NCBI GenBank assembly: GCA_963764715.1 | Contig: CAVXTP010000022.1 | Span: 576,001-640,000, forward strand | DNA: 64,000 bases | Direction of reading: 5' to 3' | From: an uncultured Acidobacteriota bacterium | GTDB taxonomy: Bacteria; Acidobacteriota; Thermoanaerobaculia; UBA5066; Gp7-AA6 | The notes under the pieces: model-generated | Databases searched by the model: none | Seen by the model: only the letters and a program-made list of their open reading frames with translations | What the model was told of the DNA's origin: nothing | Translations under genes and position numbers: made by a program | Part shown: positions 27,746-39,215 of the stretch, in pieces | How positions within the stretch are numbered: position 1 is the first letter of the stretch | Layout of the letters: each line of letters opens with the position of its first letter

Positions 27746-28150
27746 ATGCTCGGTCAGTGGAAAAAGCGGCTGCGGAATTTTCAGAAGGCCCCGGCCGGCG
27801 AGCGGTTCGTCCGGCGCTACCGGGCGCAGAAGGACTCGGGGCGTCCCTGGGCTCGAATCGCCTTCGTGGTCGTGGGGATTCTCCTCATCGTGGGCGGAGC
27901 CATCCTGCTGGTGATCCCGGGGCCGGGCCTCCTCGTCATCGCGTTCGGCGGGGCCCTGGTGGCGCAGGAGTTTCTCGTGGTCGCGAAGGCTCTCGACTGG
28001 CTCGAAGTCGAGCTGCGCAGGCTCTACCGCGCCGCGAAACGGCTCTGGAAGCACGCCTCGAGCCTCGCGCGGGCCGCCATCACCGCCGGAGCGGCCCTGT
28101 GCGCCGCCGGCGCCGGTTACCTGGCCTGGCTCTGGTTCTTCGAAAGGTAG
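27746..28150 (+). CDS. PGPGW-domain membrane protein
   Basis: LLVIPGPGLL helical hairpin followed by EF...A..L pattern. Confidence 0.75.
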   Translation: MLGQWKKRLRNFQKAPAGERFVRRYRAQKDSGRPWARIAFVVVGILLIVGGAILLVIPGPGLLVIAFGGALVAQEFLVVAKALDWLEVELRRLYRAAKRLWKHASSLARAAITAGAALCAAGAGYLAWLWFFER

Positions 28151-28152
28151 CG

Positions 28153-28863
28153 CTAGCCCGGGCGCCGAATCTCCCGCACGCCCGCGCCCCCCGCGACCAG
28201 GATTTCCGAGGCGATCCCGCAGAAGAGACCATGCTCGACGATGCCGGCCCGCGCGGCCAGGCGCGCCGCCAGCGCGACCGGATCGGGCGTCGGCCCCGTC
28301 GCGCAATCGAAGATCCAGTTGCCCTGGTCCGTCTCGTACGGCGTTCCGTCCGCGGTTTGCCGAAGGACCGGCTTGCCGCCGATCGACGCGAGGAAGCGCT
28401 GCTGCGACTGCCAGCCGAATCGGGACACCTCGACGGGAATCGGATGCCGCGTGCCGAGCGCCGGCGAGAGCTTCGTCTCGTCGACCACGATCACGACGCG
28501 GCGGCTCGCCTGCGCCACGATCTTTTCCCGGAAGAGCGCTCCCCCGCCGCCCTTGATCAGGTTCAGGGCCGGGTCGACTTCGTCCGCCCCGTCGATGGTC
28601 AGGTCGATCTCGCGCGGAATGTCCTCTCCGAGGAGCGGGATCCCGAGCCGACTCGCCTCCGTCTCCGTCGCGCGGGAGGTGGGGACGCCTACGACGCTCT
28701 GGAGGCGCCCCGACGACAGCAGCTCCCCGATCTTGCGCGTCGCGAAGATCGCGGTCGACCCCGTGCCGAGACCGACGACCATCCCGTCCTGCACGAGCGC
28801 GGCGGCCTTCTCGCCGGCTTCCCGCTTGAACGCGGCGATGCGATCGTCGGCTGGCGTCGTCAC
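28153..28863 (-). CDS. rpiA: Ribose-5-phosphate isomerase A
   Basis: [32 protein letters not shown]; GTG overlaps pgi stop. Confidence 0.95.
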   Translation of the reverse strand: MTTPADDRIAAFKREAGEKAAALVQDGMVVGLGTGSTAIFATRKIGELLSSGRLQSVVGVPTSRATETEASRLGIPLLGEDIPREIDLTIDGADEVDPALNLIKGGGGALFREKIVAQASRRVVIVVDETKLSPALGTRHPIPVEVSRFGWQSQQRFLASIGGKPVLRQTADGTPYETDQGNWIFDCATGPTPDPVALAARLAARAGIVEHGLFCGIASEILVAGGAGVREIRRPG

Positions 28864-30488
28864 TTGGAGCCGGTCCGCGCCTTTCGGTAGCGGCGAATCA
28901 GGGCGTTCGTCGAGCCGTCGTGCTTCAACGGCGGCTCGGCGGCGCTCTGGAGCTCCGGAATGATGTTGACGGCGAGCTTCTTTCCGAGCTCGACGCCCCA
29001 CTGGTCGAAGGAGTCGATGCCCCAGATGACGCCCTGCGTGAAGACGCTGTGCTCGTACAGCGCCACGAGCTCGCCGAGCGTCTCGGGCGTCAGCGCGTCG
29101 GCGAGGATCGTCGACGTGGGGCGGTTGCCCTCGCAGACGCGGTGCGGCACGAGCCAGTCGGGCGTGCCGTCGGCCTTGACCTGCTCGGCCGTCTTGCCGA
29201 AGGCGAGGGCCTCGGTCTGGGCGAAGAGGTTCGCCATCAGCAGGTCGTGGTGCGGCCCGACCGGGTTCGCGGTGTGAAGGAAGCCCAGAAAGTCCGACGG
29301 GATGAGCTTCGTTCCCTGATGAATGAGCTGGTAGAAGGAGTGCTGGCCGTTCGTTCCCGGCTCGCCCCAGAAGATCGGGCCCGTCTCCCAGCCGACGGTC
29401 TCGGAGTCGAGCGTCACGTGTTTCCCGTTCGACTCCATCGTGAGCTGCTGCAGGTAGGCCGGGAAACGCTTCAAGTACTGGCTGTAGGGAAAGACGCCGA
29501 CCGTCTGCGCGCCGAAGAAGTTGTCGTACCAGACGGCGAGGAGCCCCATCAGCACCGGCAGGTTCCTCTCGAAGGGCGCCGTCCGGAAATGCTCGTCGAT
29601 CGCGTGGAACCCGGCGAGCATGGAGCGGAAGTTCGCCGGACCGATCGCCAGCATGGTCGAAAGGCCGATCGCGGAGTCCATGGAGTAACGCCCGCCGACC
29701 CAGTCCCAGAAGCCGAACATGTTGGCCGTGTCGATGCCGAACTTGCGGACCTCCTCGGCGTTGGTCGAGACCGCCACGAAGTGCTTCGCGACCGCCTTCT
29801 CGTCCTTCAACGACGCCAGGCACCAGTCGCGCGCGGTCTTCGCGTTGGTCATGGTCTCGAGCGTCACGAACGTCTTCGAGGAGATGACGAACAGGGTCTC
29901 GGCCGGGTCCATCCCCCACGTCGACTCGACGAAGTCGGTGCCGTCCACGTTCGAGACGAACTCGAAGCGCATGTTCCGGTCGCTGAAGTGGCGGAGCGCC
30001 TCGTGGGCCATGACCGGCCCGAGGTCCGAGCCCCCGATGCCGACGTTGACCACGTTCCGGATGCGCTTGCCGGTGTGACCGGTCCAGGCGCCGCCCCGGA
30101 CGCGATCGCAGAAGGCCGACATCCGGTCGAGCACCTCGTGGACCGCGGGCACGACGTTCTCCCCGTCGACGACGATCGAGGCCCCCTTCGGCGCGCGCAG
30201 CGCCACGTGGAGCACCGCGCGCTTTTCCGTGACGTTGATCTTGTCGCCGCGGAACATCGCGTCGATCCGCTCGCGCAGGCCGCACTCGCGCGCGAGCGCG
30301 AGAAGGAGCCGCAGCGTCTCGTCCGTGACGCGGTGCTTCGAATAGTCGAGAAACAGGCCCGCGCCCTCCACCGAGAGGCGCTCGGCGCGGCCGGGCTCGG
30401 CGGCGAAGAGATCGCGCAGGTGAAGGTCCCGGACGGCCGGGGCGTGGGCCTGGAGCGCCTTCCAGGCGGGCCGATCCGTCAGGCGCAA
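28860..30488 (-). CDS. pgi: Glucose-6-phosphate isomerase
   Basis: [55 protein letters not shown]. Confidence 0.97.
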   Translation of the reverse strand: MRLTDRPAWKALQAHAPAVRDLHLRDLFAAEPGRAERLSVEGAGLFLDYSKHRVTDETLRLLLALARECGLRERIDAMFRGDKINVTEKRAVLHVALRAPKGASIVVDGENVVPAVHEVLDRMSAFCDRVRGGAWTGHTGKRIRNVVNVGIGGSDLGPVMAHEALRHFSDRNMRFEFVSNVDGTDFVESTWGMDPAETLFVISSKTFVTLETMTNAKTARDWCLASLKDEKAVAKHFVAVSTNAEEVRKFGIDTANMFGFWDWVGGRYSMDSAIGLSTMLAIGPANFRSMLAGFHAIDEHFRTAPFERNLPVLMGLLAVWYDNFFGAQTVGVFPYSQYLKRFPAYLQQLTMESNGKHVTLDSETVGWETGPIFWGEPGTNGQHSFYQLIHQGTKLIPSDFLGFLHTANPVGPHHDLLMANLFAQTEALAFGKTAEQVKADGTPDWLVPHRVCEGNRPTSTILADALTPETLGELVALYEHSVFTQGVIWGIDSFDQWGVELGKKLAVNIIPELQSAAEPPLKHDGSTNALIRRYRKARTGSK

Positions 30489-30516
30489 GGGGACCTCCTT
30501 CTCGGGGCCCGGCCGC

Positions 30517-30795
30517 TCAGGCCGGGGGCAGTCCGAGCTCGACGTCGGATTTCGGCAGGACGATCGCCGTCTCGCGGAAGCCGCGATCGACGCACACGAA
30601 GCAGGCCTTGAACACGTTGTCGCTGCCCATCTTCAGCTCGCGGTCCGTGACGAAGACGTCGCGGGGCGGATACCGCTCGTCGACGCGCTGGAGTGTCAGC
30701 AGGACTCCGCCGGGCACCCGCGCCCGGCCGGCGATCGTGAACCGGTGGGGCGGCTCGTGCGTGCACTCGCAGGCCGCGGCGACCTCAGCGCTCAC
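30517..30795 (-). CDS. 92-aa hypothetical protein with CxC-x-H and CxxC
   Basis: Overlaps STAS gene stop; fills the gap before pgi; host-like codon usage. Confidence 0.55.
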   Translation of the reverse strand: MSAEVAAACECTHEPPHRFTIAGRARVPGGVLLTLQRVDERYPPRDVFVTDRELKMGSDNVFKACFVCVDRGFRETAIVLPKSDVELGLPPA

Positions 30796-31153
30796 GCGTC
30801 GACTCCTCGCCGGGGAGGTCCGCGGCCTTGACCGCCGCCTCGATCGTCGGGAAGGTCCGGAAGATCGAGTCGAGGTGCGTGATCCGGAAGACCGACGCCA
30901 CGCGTTCCCGCGGGCTCACGAGATAGAAGCGGCGCCCCTGGGCCTCGAAGCGCTTGAGCCCGCCGACCAGGACTCCGATCGCCGTCGAGTCGAGGTGCTC
31001 GAGGCCGGACATCTCGAGAATGAGCGCGCTCCCGCCGGCCTCCGAGATCTTCTCGAACCGTTCCTGAAGCGCCCGCGTGGCCTCGCCGAGCGCGAGGGTG
31101 CCGGAGATCCGCAGGATGGTGTGGGCGCCCTTCTGTTCTTCCTTGACGTTCAT
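30785..31153 (-). CDS. STAS-domain anti-sigma factor antagonist
   Basis: LEMSGLEHLDSTAIGVLV with the phospho-Ser motif; VFRITHLD; ATGA overlap. Confidence 0.85.
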   Translation of the reverse strand: MNVKEEQKGAHTILRISGTLALGEATRALQERFEKISEAGGSALILEMSGLEHLDSTAIGVLVGGLKRFEAQGRRFYLVSPRERVASVFRITHLDSIFRTFPTIEAAVKAADLPGEESTRER

Positions 31154-31569
31154 GGCTCCGCCACCTCCGCCTCGCCCTTGCGGACGAGAACGCTCCCCCG
31201 GGCGAGGACCCCGTCCTCTCCGTGCACCTCGCCGTCGAACCGGACGATCGATCCGAAACGCGCGTGGAGGCGAACGGCGACGTCGAGGGTCTCGCCGGCG
31301 CGCGGCGCGCGCTCGAGCGACATCTCCTGGATCCCGGCGAGGTAGCCGCGCCGTCCCGCCTCGGCGTCGCCGCCTTCGAGCAGGAGCGCGGCCTGGGCGA
31401 TGGCCTCGGCGAGCAGCAACGGACTCTGCCAGCTCTCCCCCATCGCCGCCCGCGCGTTGGCGGTCACGCGGATCCGGACCCGGCCGCCCCGGAACGCGGC
31501 ATCCGGCCGCTGCGCCACCGTGTCCACGAAACGGAACGGGTAGGCATGCGGGAATGCCGCCGTCGTCAT
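31150..31569 (-). CDS. FabA/FabZ-like hotdog-fold dehydratase (atypical)
   Basis: PHAYPFRFVD, LAEAIAQ, GYLAGI; the GHFP His motif is absent. Confidence 0.75.
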   Translation of the reverse strand: MTTAAFPHAYPFRFVDTVAQRPDAAFRGGRVRIRVTANARAAMGESWQSPLLLAEAIAQAALLLEGGDAEAGRRGYLAGIQEMSLERAPRAGETLDVAVRLHARFGSIVRFDGEVHGEDGVLARGSVLVRKGEAEVAEP

Positions 31570-31830
31570 TCAGGCCGTCTTCTTCTGCTCGATGAAGTCG
31601 CAAAGGGCGTTGACGGAGGCGAAGGCCTTGACCCCCACCTCTTCGTCCTCGACCTTGATCTTGAATTCCTGCTCGAGCCCGAGAACGAGCTCGAGCGCGT
31701 CGATCGAATCGAGGCCGAGGCCCTCGCCGAAAAGCGGAGCCGCATCGTCGATCGACGTCGGATCGATCTCGAGCTTCAAACGCCGCACGATCAGGTCTTT
31801 GACCCGCGGCGCCAGTTCTTCCCGGGACAT
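31570..31830 (-). CDS. Acyl carrier protein (aryl-polyene-type signature)
   Basis: LFGEGLGLDSIDALEL; AAGGAG SD; own TATAAT at 31851-31856. Confidence 0.92.
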   Translation of the reverse strand: MSREELAPRVKDLIVRRLKLEIDPTSIDDAAPLFGEGLGLDSIDALELVLGLEQEFKIKVEDEEVGVKAFASVNALCDFIEQKKTA

Positions 31831-31868
31831 GGGGGCTCCTTCCGGGCGGGATTATAGTCGGCCAGGGC

Positions 31869-32597
31869 TCAGGCCATTCCCCCGTCGGCCCGCCAGACCT
31901 GACCGGTGACGTACGACGCCCTGTCCGAGGCGAGGAAGCCGACGAGGGCCGCGATCTCCTCCGGCCGGCCGAACCGCGCCATCGGGATGCGCGAAATGAA
32001 CTCCTTTCGCGCCGAATCCTTGAGGTGCGCGATGATTTCCGTGTCCACGAGGCCGGGCGCCACGGCGTTGACGGTGATCGCCCGGGGCGCGAGCTCCAGC
32101 GCCAGCGCCTTGGTGAACGCGATCAACCCTCCCTTGGCGGCCGAGTAGTTGGCCTGGCCGGCGTGGCCCGAGATCCCGCTGACCGAGACGATGTTGACGA
32201 TGCGGCCGGAGGTCTTGTGGAGCATGCCCCGGATGAGCGCCCGCGTCACGCGGAAGGCGCCTTTGAGGTCGACGTCGAGGACGTAGTCCCAGTCCTCTTC
32301 CTTCATGAAGGGGAAGAGAGCGTCCTTGATGACGCCGGCGTTGTTGACCAGGATGTCCGTCCCGCCGAAATCGGCGGCGACGCGGTCGGCGAGGGCCGCG
32401 ACGTCGTCGGGCTTCCGGACGTCGACCTTCATGGCCACGGCTTCCCCGCCGCCGCGGCGAATCTCGGCCGCGGTCTCCTCGGCGCGGGCGAGGTCCTGGA
32501 GGCAGGTCAACACGATGCGGGCGCCCCCCGCCGCGAGCTCCTGCGAGATGGCCTTCCCGATGCCCCGCGAGCCTCCGGTCACGACCGCGGTCTTCAT
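31869..32597 (-). CDS. fabG: 3-oxoacyl-ACP reductase
   Basis: TGGSRGIG, NNAGV.KD, GQANYSAAK, NAVAPG. Confidence 0.85.
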   Translation of the reverse strand: MKTAVVTGGSRGIGKAISQELAAGGARIVLTCLQDLARAEETAAEIRRGGGEAVAMKVDVRKPDDVAALADRVAADFGGTDILVNNAGVIKDALFPFMKEEDWDYVLDVDLKGAFRVTRALIRGMLHKTSGRIVNIVSVSGISGHAGQANYSAAKGGLIAFTKALALELAPRAITVNAVAPGLVDTEIIAHLKDSARKEFISRIPMARFGRPEEIAALVGFLASDRASYVTGQVWRADGGMA

Positions 32598-33529
32598 CCG
32601 GCCGCGACTATATCCACGGCCGCCCGGATCGACCGCACCGAACCCGCCGGCACGCAGCGGGTCGACCGATCGATCCAGCGCACCATCTTCGACAGCATCT
32701 CGCCCGGCCCGGCCTCGAGGAAGAGGCGGTGCGAGCCTGCGACCATCGCCTCGAACGTCTCCTTCCAGAGCGTCGGGAAGCAGAAGGCCGTGCCGAGGAG
32801 GCGGCGGACGTCCTCCCCGCCGGCGACGGCGCGGCCCTCCGGGCCGTAGTACGGCACCCGCGGGTCCCGGATGGTCCGCAGAGCCGCGATCCGGGGCGCG
32901 ATCGCGTCGGCCACCGGGCGCATCAGCTCGCTGTGAATCGGCCAGCTCATGGTCAGCGGGAGGACCGAGAGCGCCCGCGGGCGGATGCCCTCGATCGCCG
33001 CGGCGACGCCCTCGGCCGAGCCCGTCAGGACGAACTGGGTCGACGCGTTCACGTTGCCGATCCAGACCTGGAGCCCGCGCTCGCGCTGGGCCAGGCACTC
33101 GGCGTCCACGACCTCGCGGCGCGCGCCGATCACTGCCGCCATCCGGCCGCGGATCCCGAGACGCTCGGTTTCCTGCCACACGGCGACGAGCACCTCCAGG
33201 GCCTCCTCGTAGTCGATCGCCCCGGCCGCCACCATCGCGGCGTAGTTGCCGAGGCTGTACCCCGCGGTCGCCGCGGCGGCGACTCCCTGCCGCTCGAGCG
33301 ACCGGGCGGCGAGCGTCGAGACGAGGTACACGCTCGCCTGGGCGGCGAGGTTCTCCCGGAGCGCGTCCTCGGGGCCTTCGAGCATCAGGCGGCGAAGGTC
33401 GCGGCCGCAGCGCTCGGACGTCAGGGCGCAGAGGTCCCGCGCCTCGCGGTCGGCGTCGAGGAAGTCCTGGCCCATGCCGATCCACTCGGAGAGCTGACCC
33501 GGGAAGAGGAAGGCGGCCCGGCCGCTCAT
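32594..33529 (-). CDS. FabD-like ACP acyltransferase (atypical active site)
   Basis: FLFPGQ, GYSLG nucleophile motif, WPIHS, EAGPG. Confidence 0.85.
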   Translation of the reverse strand: MSGRAAFLFPGQLSEWIGMGQDFLDADREARDLCALTSERCGRDLRRLMLEGPEDALRENLAAQASVYLVSTLAARSLERQGVAAAATAGYSLGNYAAMVAAGAIDYEEALEVLVAVWQETERLGIRGRMAAVIGARREVVDAECLAQRERGLQVWIGNVNASTQFVLTGSAEGVAAAIEGIRPRALSVLPLTMSWPIHSELMRPVADAIAPRIAALRTIRDPRVPYYGPEGRAVAGGEDVRRLLGTAFCFPTLWKETFEAMVAGSHRLFLEAGPGEMLSKMVRWIDRSTRCVPAGSVRSIRAAVDIVAAG

Positions 33530-34401
33530 GCCGGCGCCAGCCCCGCCAGCGCATCCTCGAGCGCGACGCACCGGTCGCCCGCGAGCCAGCGCGAGAACCG
33601 CTCCGGCAGCGTGGCGAGCCCCAGGAAGTGGACCGTCCGCTGGATCGGCGAAAGGCCCGGCATGGGCGGGTGCGCCCGGTCGAACTCCCACGGGTGAAAG
33701 GTGAAGACCGCCGGCTCGCCGCGGTCGCGGGCCGCGCGCTCGGCCTCCGCCAGGCGGCGGACCGGAAGGATGCGGAAGGGCCAGGCGCCCCCGAGCGGCA
33801 GCGGCAGGCCCAGCACCGAGCCCGAGAGCGGCGGGACCTCCGTCAGGGACCAGCCCTCGCCCTCGATCCGGTGGGGCCCGCGGAGGTTCGTCCGGCGGCC
33901 GAGCGGCGGCACGGGCATCATCGAGGCGTCGCAGCGGAAGCCGGCCGCGGCGAGCGCCGGCAGGGCCTCGGACCCCGGATGACGGATCGACCACTCCGCA
34001 GCGCGGTGCGTCTTCGCCCCCGTCCCTCCCGCGGCCTCGATGGCGTCGCGCGCGCGGGAAAGGTCGTCGCGGAACTCGGACGGAGTCATCTCGTCGGCCC
34101 GGCGGTGCGCGTGGCCGTGCACCCCGATCTCGTGGCCGCGCCGCGCCGCCTCGCGCACGAGCTGCGGGTGGCGCTCCGCGATCCAGCCGAGAAAGAAGAT
34201 CGTGGCGCGGTGACGTCCCGCGGCGAGCGCGTCGAAGAGCCAGCCGAGCGTCGTCTCGATGCGGGAGACGTAGCCGTCCCACCGGCGCGGGTCCGAGTAC
34301 TGGTCGTGCCCGCAGACGTGAAACCAGTCCTCGGCGTCGATCGTGAGCACGCGAGGGCCTCGGCCGGCGGAACGGAGCGGCGTAATCGTCGGTTGGGGCA
34401 C
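33526..34401 (-). CDS. Polysaccharide deacetylase (DUF3473/XrtA-associated type)
   Basis: TIDAEDWFH, ATIFFLGWIA, HEIGVHGHAH, FHPWEFD. Confidence 0.85.
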   Translation of the reverse strand: MPQPTITPLRSAGRGPRVLTIDAEDWFHVCGHDQYSDPRRWDGYVSRIETTLGWLFDALAAGRHRATIFFLGWIAERHPQLVREAARRGHEIGVHGHAHRRADEMTPSEFRDDLSRARDAIEAAGGTGAKTHRAAEWSIRHPGSEALPALAAAGFRCDASMMPVPPLGRRTNLRGPHRIEGEGWSLTEVPPLSGSVLGLPLPLGGAWPFRILPVRRLAEAERAARDRGEPAVFTFHPWEFDRAHPPMPGLSPIQRTVHFLGLATLPERFSRWLAGDRCVALEDALAGLAPA

Positions 34402-34514
34402 GGACTGGCGATTCTAGCGGCTGCCGCGCTTTCCGCCACGGGATGTCGCCATGCGGCCTCCCGCTCCCGTTCGGCGGCGTCGAGCCGCCGCTTCAAGTAA
34501 CCCGCCGCTTCAAG

Positions 34515-35192
34515 CTAGTCCAGCTCGAACACCTTGTAGTAGACCGCCCCCCAGGAAATGATCCAGGTGTCGCGAAACGGCCGGTAGTGCGACGGGCCGC
34601 CGTAGATCGCGCGCACCGGCACGTGGCGGAACCGCTTCAAGTGCGGCGCCGCCTTCAGCAGCATCTCGGTCTCGATGATGTACCCCCGCGCGTTGAGCGC
34701 GAGCCGCCGGAGAAGGTCCGCGGAGACCACGCGATATCCCGACTGGGCGTCCTCGACGTCGAGCCCCGTCATCCGCGACAGAACCTGGCTTCCGATCTCG
34801 TTGGTCCGGTATCGATAGCGCGGGATCGCGTCCGGGTCGGCCATCCGCGAGCCGATCACGAAATCGTCCCCCGCCCGCGCGGCCGCGAGGAGGGCCGGAA
34901 GATCGTCGGGATCATGCTGCCCGTCGGCGTCGACGAACGCAACGTGAGTCGCCGGCGACGCGAGGATCCACTCGAGGCCCGTCCGGATCGCCGCACCCTT
35001 CCCGCCGTTCTGCGGTCGACGCAGGACGTCAGCCCCGGCGGCCGCGGCCGCTTCCGCCGTGCCGTCCGAGGATCCGTCGTCGACGACGACCACGCGGTCG
35101 ACGGCCTCCTTGAGGCCCCGGACCACGGCGCCGACCGTGGCCTCCGCGTTGAACGCGGGCACCAGCGCGAGGGGATCGAAGGCCTTCGGCAC
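34515..35192 (-). CDS. Family 2 glycosyltransferase (DPM-synthase-like)
   Basis: VPAFNAE, VDDGSSDGT, GKGAA, DADGQH, DAQSGYR; GTG 35192 lies 6 nt after a TACCAT -10. Confidence 0.88.
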   Translation of the reverse strand: MPKAFDPLALVPAFNAEATVGAVVRGLKEAVDRVVVVDDGSSDGTAEAAAAAGADVLRRPQNGGKGAAIRTGLEWILASPATHVAFVDADGQHDPDDLPALLAAARAGDDFVIGSRMADPDAIPRYRYRTNEIGSQVLSRMTGLDVEDAQSGYRVVSADLLRRLALNARGYIIETEMLLKAAPHLKRFRHVPVRAIYGGPSHYRPFRDTWIISWGAVYYKVFELD

Positions 35193-35292
35193 GGGCGGAT
35201 GGTAACGCGACGGAGGCACCCGCTAGGCCCTTTGGGCTCTTCGACATGCGTTGACTCGCTCCGGCCCTTGTGAAAAAGTTGCCACCGCTCCA

Positions 35293-35646
35293 ATGCCTCT
35301 CTCATTCGCTCCGATTCTCATTCTGCTGGGTGTCGCCGCGGGCATGGCGGCCGTCATCCAGATCCTCAACGTCGTCCTCGGCAAGAAGCTGCGGACGAAG
35401 CAGAAGGGCTCGACCTACGAGAGCGGCGTCCCCCTGATCGACTCGTCGCACAAGCGCGTCTCGATCCAGTTCTTCGTCATCGCGATGGTCTTCATCCTGT
35501 TCGACGTCGAAATCGCGTTCATCTACCCCTGGGCGCTCGTGTTCAAGTCGATCGGCTGGCCTCTCTTCCTCGAGATGCTGGCCTTCCTCGCCATCCTGGC
35601 GGTCGGATACGCCTACATCTGGAAGAAGGGAGCGTTCGACTGGTGA
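35293..35646 (+). CDS. nuoA: NADH-quinone oxidoreductase subunit A
   Basis: YESG, FILFDVEIAFIYPWA, WKKGAFDW. Confidence 0.93.
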   Translation: MPLSFAPILILLGVAAGMAAVIQILNVVLGKKLRTKQKGSTYESGVPLIDSSHKRVSIQFFVIAMVFILFDVEIAFIYPWALVFKSIGWPLFLEMLAFLAILAVGYAYIWKKGAFDW

Positions 35647-36161
35647 GCCACACCCGTTACCGGGTGGAGGCGGCCGGCGAGCCCCGCCCGTTCCCGCCCG
35701 CGGCGCTGGCCCGGATCGAAGGCATCCTGAAGCGTTACCCCACCAAGCAGGCGGCGCTCCTGCCGGTCCTCTGGCTGGCGCAGGAGACGTACGGCTGGAT
35801 CTCGAAGGAGTCGGCCGAGGAGGTGGCGCGGATCCTGGAGCTGCCGGTCTCGCACGTCGACGGCGTCCTGACCTTCTACACGATGTTCAACCTGCGCCCG
35901 ATGGGGAAGAACCTGCTCCAGGTCTGCACCTCGATCTCCTGCCACCTCCTGGGGGCGGAGAGGCTCGTCGAGCGCTGCCGCCGCAAGCTCGGCATCGACC
36001 TCGAGGAGACCAGCAAGGACGGGAAGTTCACTCTGGTCGAAGTCGAGTGCATCGCGGGGTGCGATCGCGCGCCCTCGATGATGGTCAACGACAAGTACTA
36101 CGAGCCGATGGACGAGGCGAAGCTGGATCAGCTCCTCGACCGGCTCGCCCGGGAGTCCTGA
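35643..36161 (+). CDS. nuoE: NADH-quinone oxidoreductase subunit E
   Basis: TFYTMF, CTSISC, ECIAGCDRAP 2Fe-2S ligands. Confidence 0.93.
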   Translation: MSHTRYRVEAAGEPRPFPPAALARIEGILKRYPTKQAALLPVLWLAQETYGWISKESAEEVARILELPVSHVDGVLTFYTMFNLRPMGKNLLQVCTSISCHLLGAERLVERCRRKLGIDLEETSKDGKFTLVEVECIAGCDRAPSMMVNDKYYEPMDEAKLDQLLDRLARES

Positions 36162-36162
36162 C

Positions 36163-37541
<1,379 letters not shown>

Positions 37542-37545
<4 letters not shown>

Positions 37546-39215
37546 GCGCCGAACCGAAGCCTCCTACGCCGCCTCCGCCGGCGTCTCCCGCGAAGGACAC
37601 CTTCACGGTGGTCTTCGACGGCCGGCCCGTCGAGGTGCCGAAGAACCTCAACCTGATCGACGCCGCGAAGCTCGCCGGCGTCGACATTCCCCACTTCTGC
37701 TATCACCCGCGCCTCTCGGTCGTGGGCCAGTGCCGGATGTGCCTCGTCGAGATCGAGGGCATCCCCAAGATCCAGGCCGCGTGCACGACGCCGCTGAAGG
37801 ACGGCCTCTCGGTCAAGACCACGACCGACAAGGTCAAGAGCTCCCGCGCCGCCACGATGGAGTTCCTCCTCATCAACCACCCCCTCGACTGCCCGATCTG
37901 CGACCAGGCCGGCGAGTGCACGCTCCAGGACAACTCCTTCGGCTACGGGCAGCAGCTCTCCAACTACGACGAGCAGAAGCGCCAGTACCCGACCTTCGAT
38001 CGCACGATGATCGGGCCCCACGTCATCGCCGACATGACGCGCTGCATCCAGTGCACGCGCTGCATCCGGTTCACGCACGAGATCGCCGGGACGAGCGAGC
38101 TGACGTTCCTCGACCGCGGCGGCCGCACGCTCGTGTGGACGCACGCGGGCCAGGCCCTCGACAACGACTGGTCCGGGTGCGCCGCGGACGTCTGCCCGGT
38201 CGGCGCCCTGACGACGCGCGAGTTCCGGTTCCGCAGCCGCGTCTGGTACCTGAAGAAGACGCCCTCGGTCTGCCCCGGCTGCAACGTCGGCTGCAACACG
38301 TCGGTCGAATCGAAGGAGGACGTCGTCTACCGCTTCCTCCCGCGCCTGAACCCGAACGTCAACGACTACTGGCTCTGCGACCACGGCCGCTTCCTCTCCG
38401 AGAGCCTCAACGCCCGCGACGTCCACAAGGCGACGCTCCGCGAGGGCAACGCGGTGCAGGAAACGATCGTCCCGGCGGCCGTCGAACGGATCTCGCGCGA
38501 GATCCGAAAGACGGTCGAGTCGGCCGGCCCGCCGGGGCTCTTCTTCCTGGGCTCGGCTCACATCTCCAACGAAGAGAACTTCCTGCTCCGCAAGATCGCC
38601 GACCACCTCGCCTGCCCCAACCGCGACGTCGTCGTCGACGAGTCCCGGGTGCGGAAGATCAAGTCGCAGAAGGAATGGATCGAGGGCGACGAGGCCGCGG
38701 CGAATTTCCGCGGCGCGCGCGACATGGGCCTCTCCCCGGGCCAGGGCGGTTACGGCCTCGAGGCCGTGCTGTCCGGCAAAGCGACGCCCGAGGTGATCGT
38801 GATCGCGGACGCCGACTTCTCGGCGATCGCCGACGATTCCGCGAAGGTCGGCGAGCTCCGCAAGGCGCGGTTCCTGGCCGTCGCGGCCCGCACCTCGAAC
38901 GCCCTGACGCGCGCCGCGGACGTCGTGCTCCCGGCCGCCTCGCTCGCCGAGAAGGAAGGCACCTTCACGAACGTCCAGGGGCGCGTGCAGAAGTTCGAGC
39001 AGGCGTTCCTTCCGAAGCCGCCCGTGCGCGCGCACTGGGAGCTCCTCCTCCAGCTCGCCGTCGCCCTCGGGTACGGGGACCGGAACTGGACTCCGCAGGA
39101 CATCCTCGCCGCGATCGCCCGCGAGGTGCCGGCCTACGCGGGGATCGACCCGAAGGACCTCGAGGGCGGGAAGCTTCTGAAGAAGGGCGACTTCGTCTGG
39201 GCGGGGACCCTGTGA
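37542..39215 (+). CDS. nuoG: NADH-quinone oxidoreductase subunit G (short form, 557 aa)
   Basis: FCYHP, CRMC, HPLDCPICDQAGEC, CIQCTRC, CPVGAL, CPGCNVGC, EKEGTFTN. Confidence 0.9.

Noticed and set aside
35268-35285. Rex-like operator TTGTGAAAAAGTTGCCAC before nuoA
   Set aside because: Only the left half-site matches; too weak to call.
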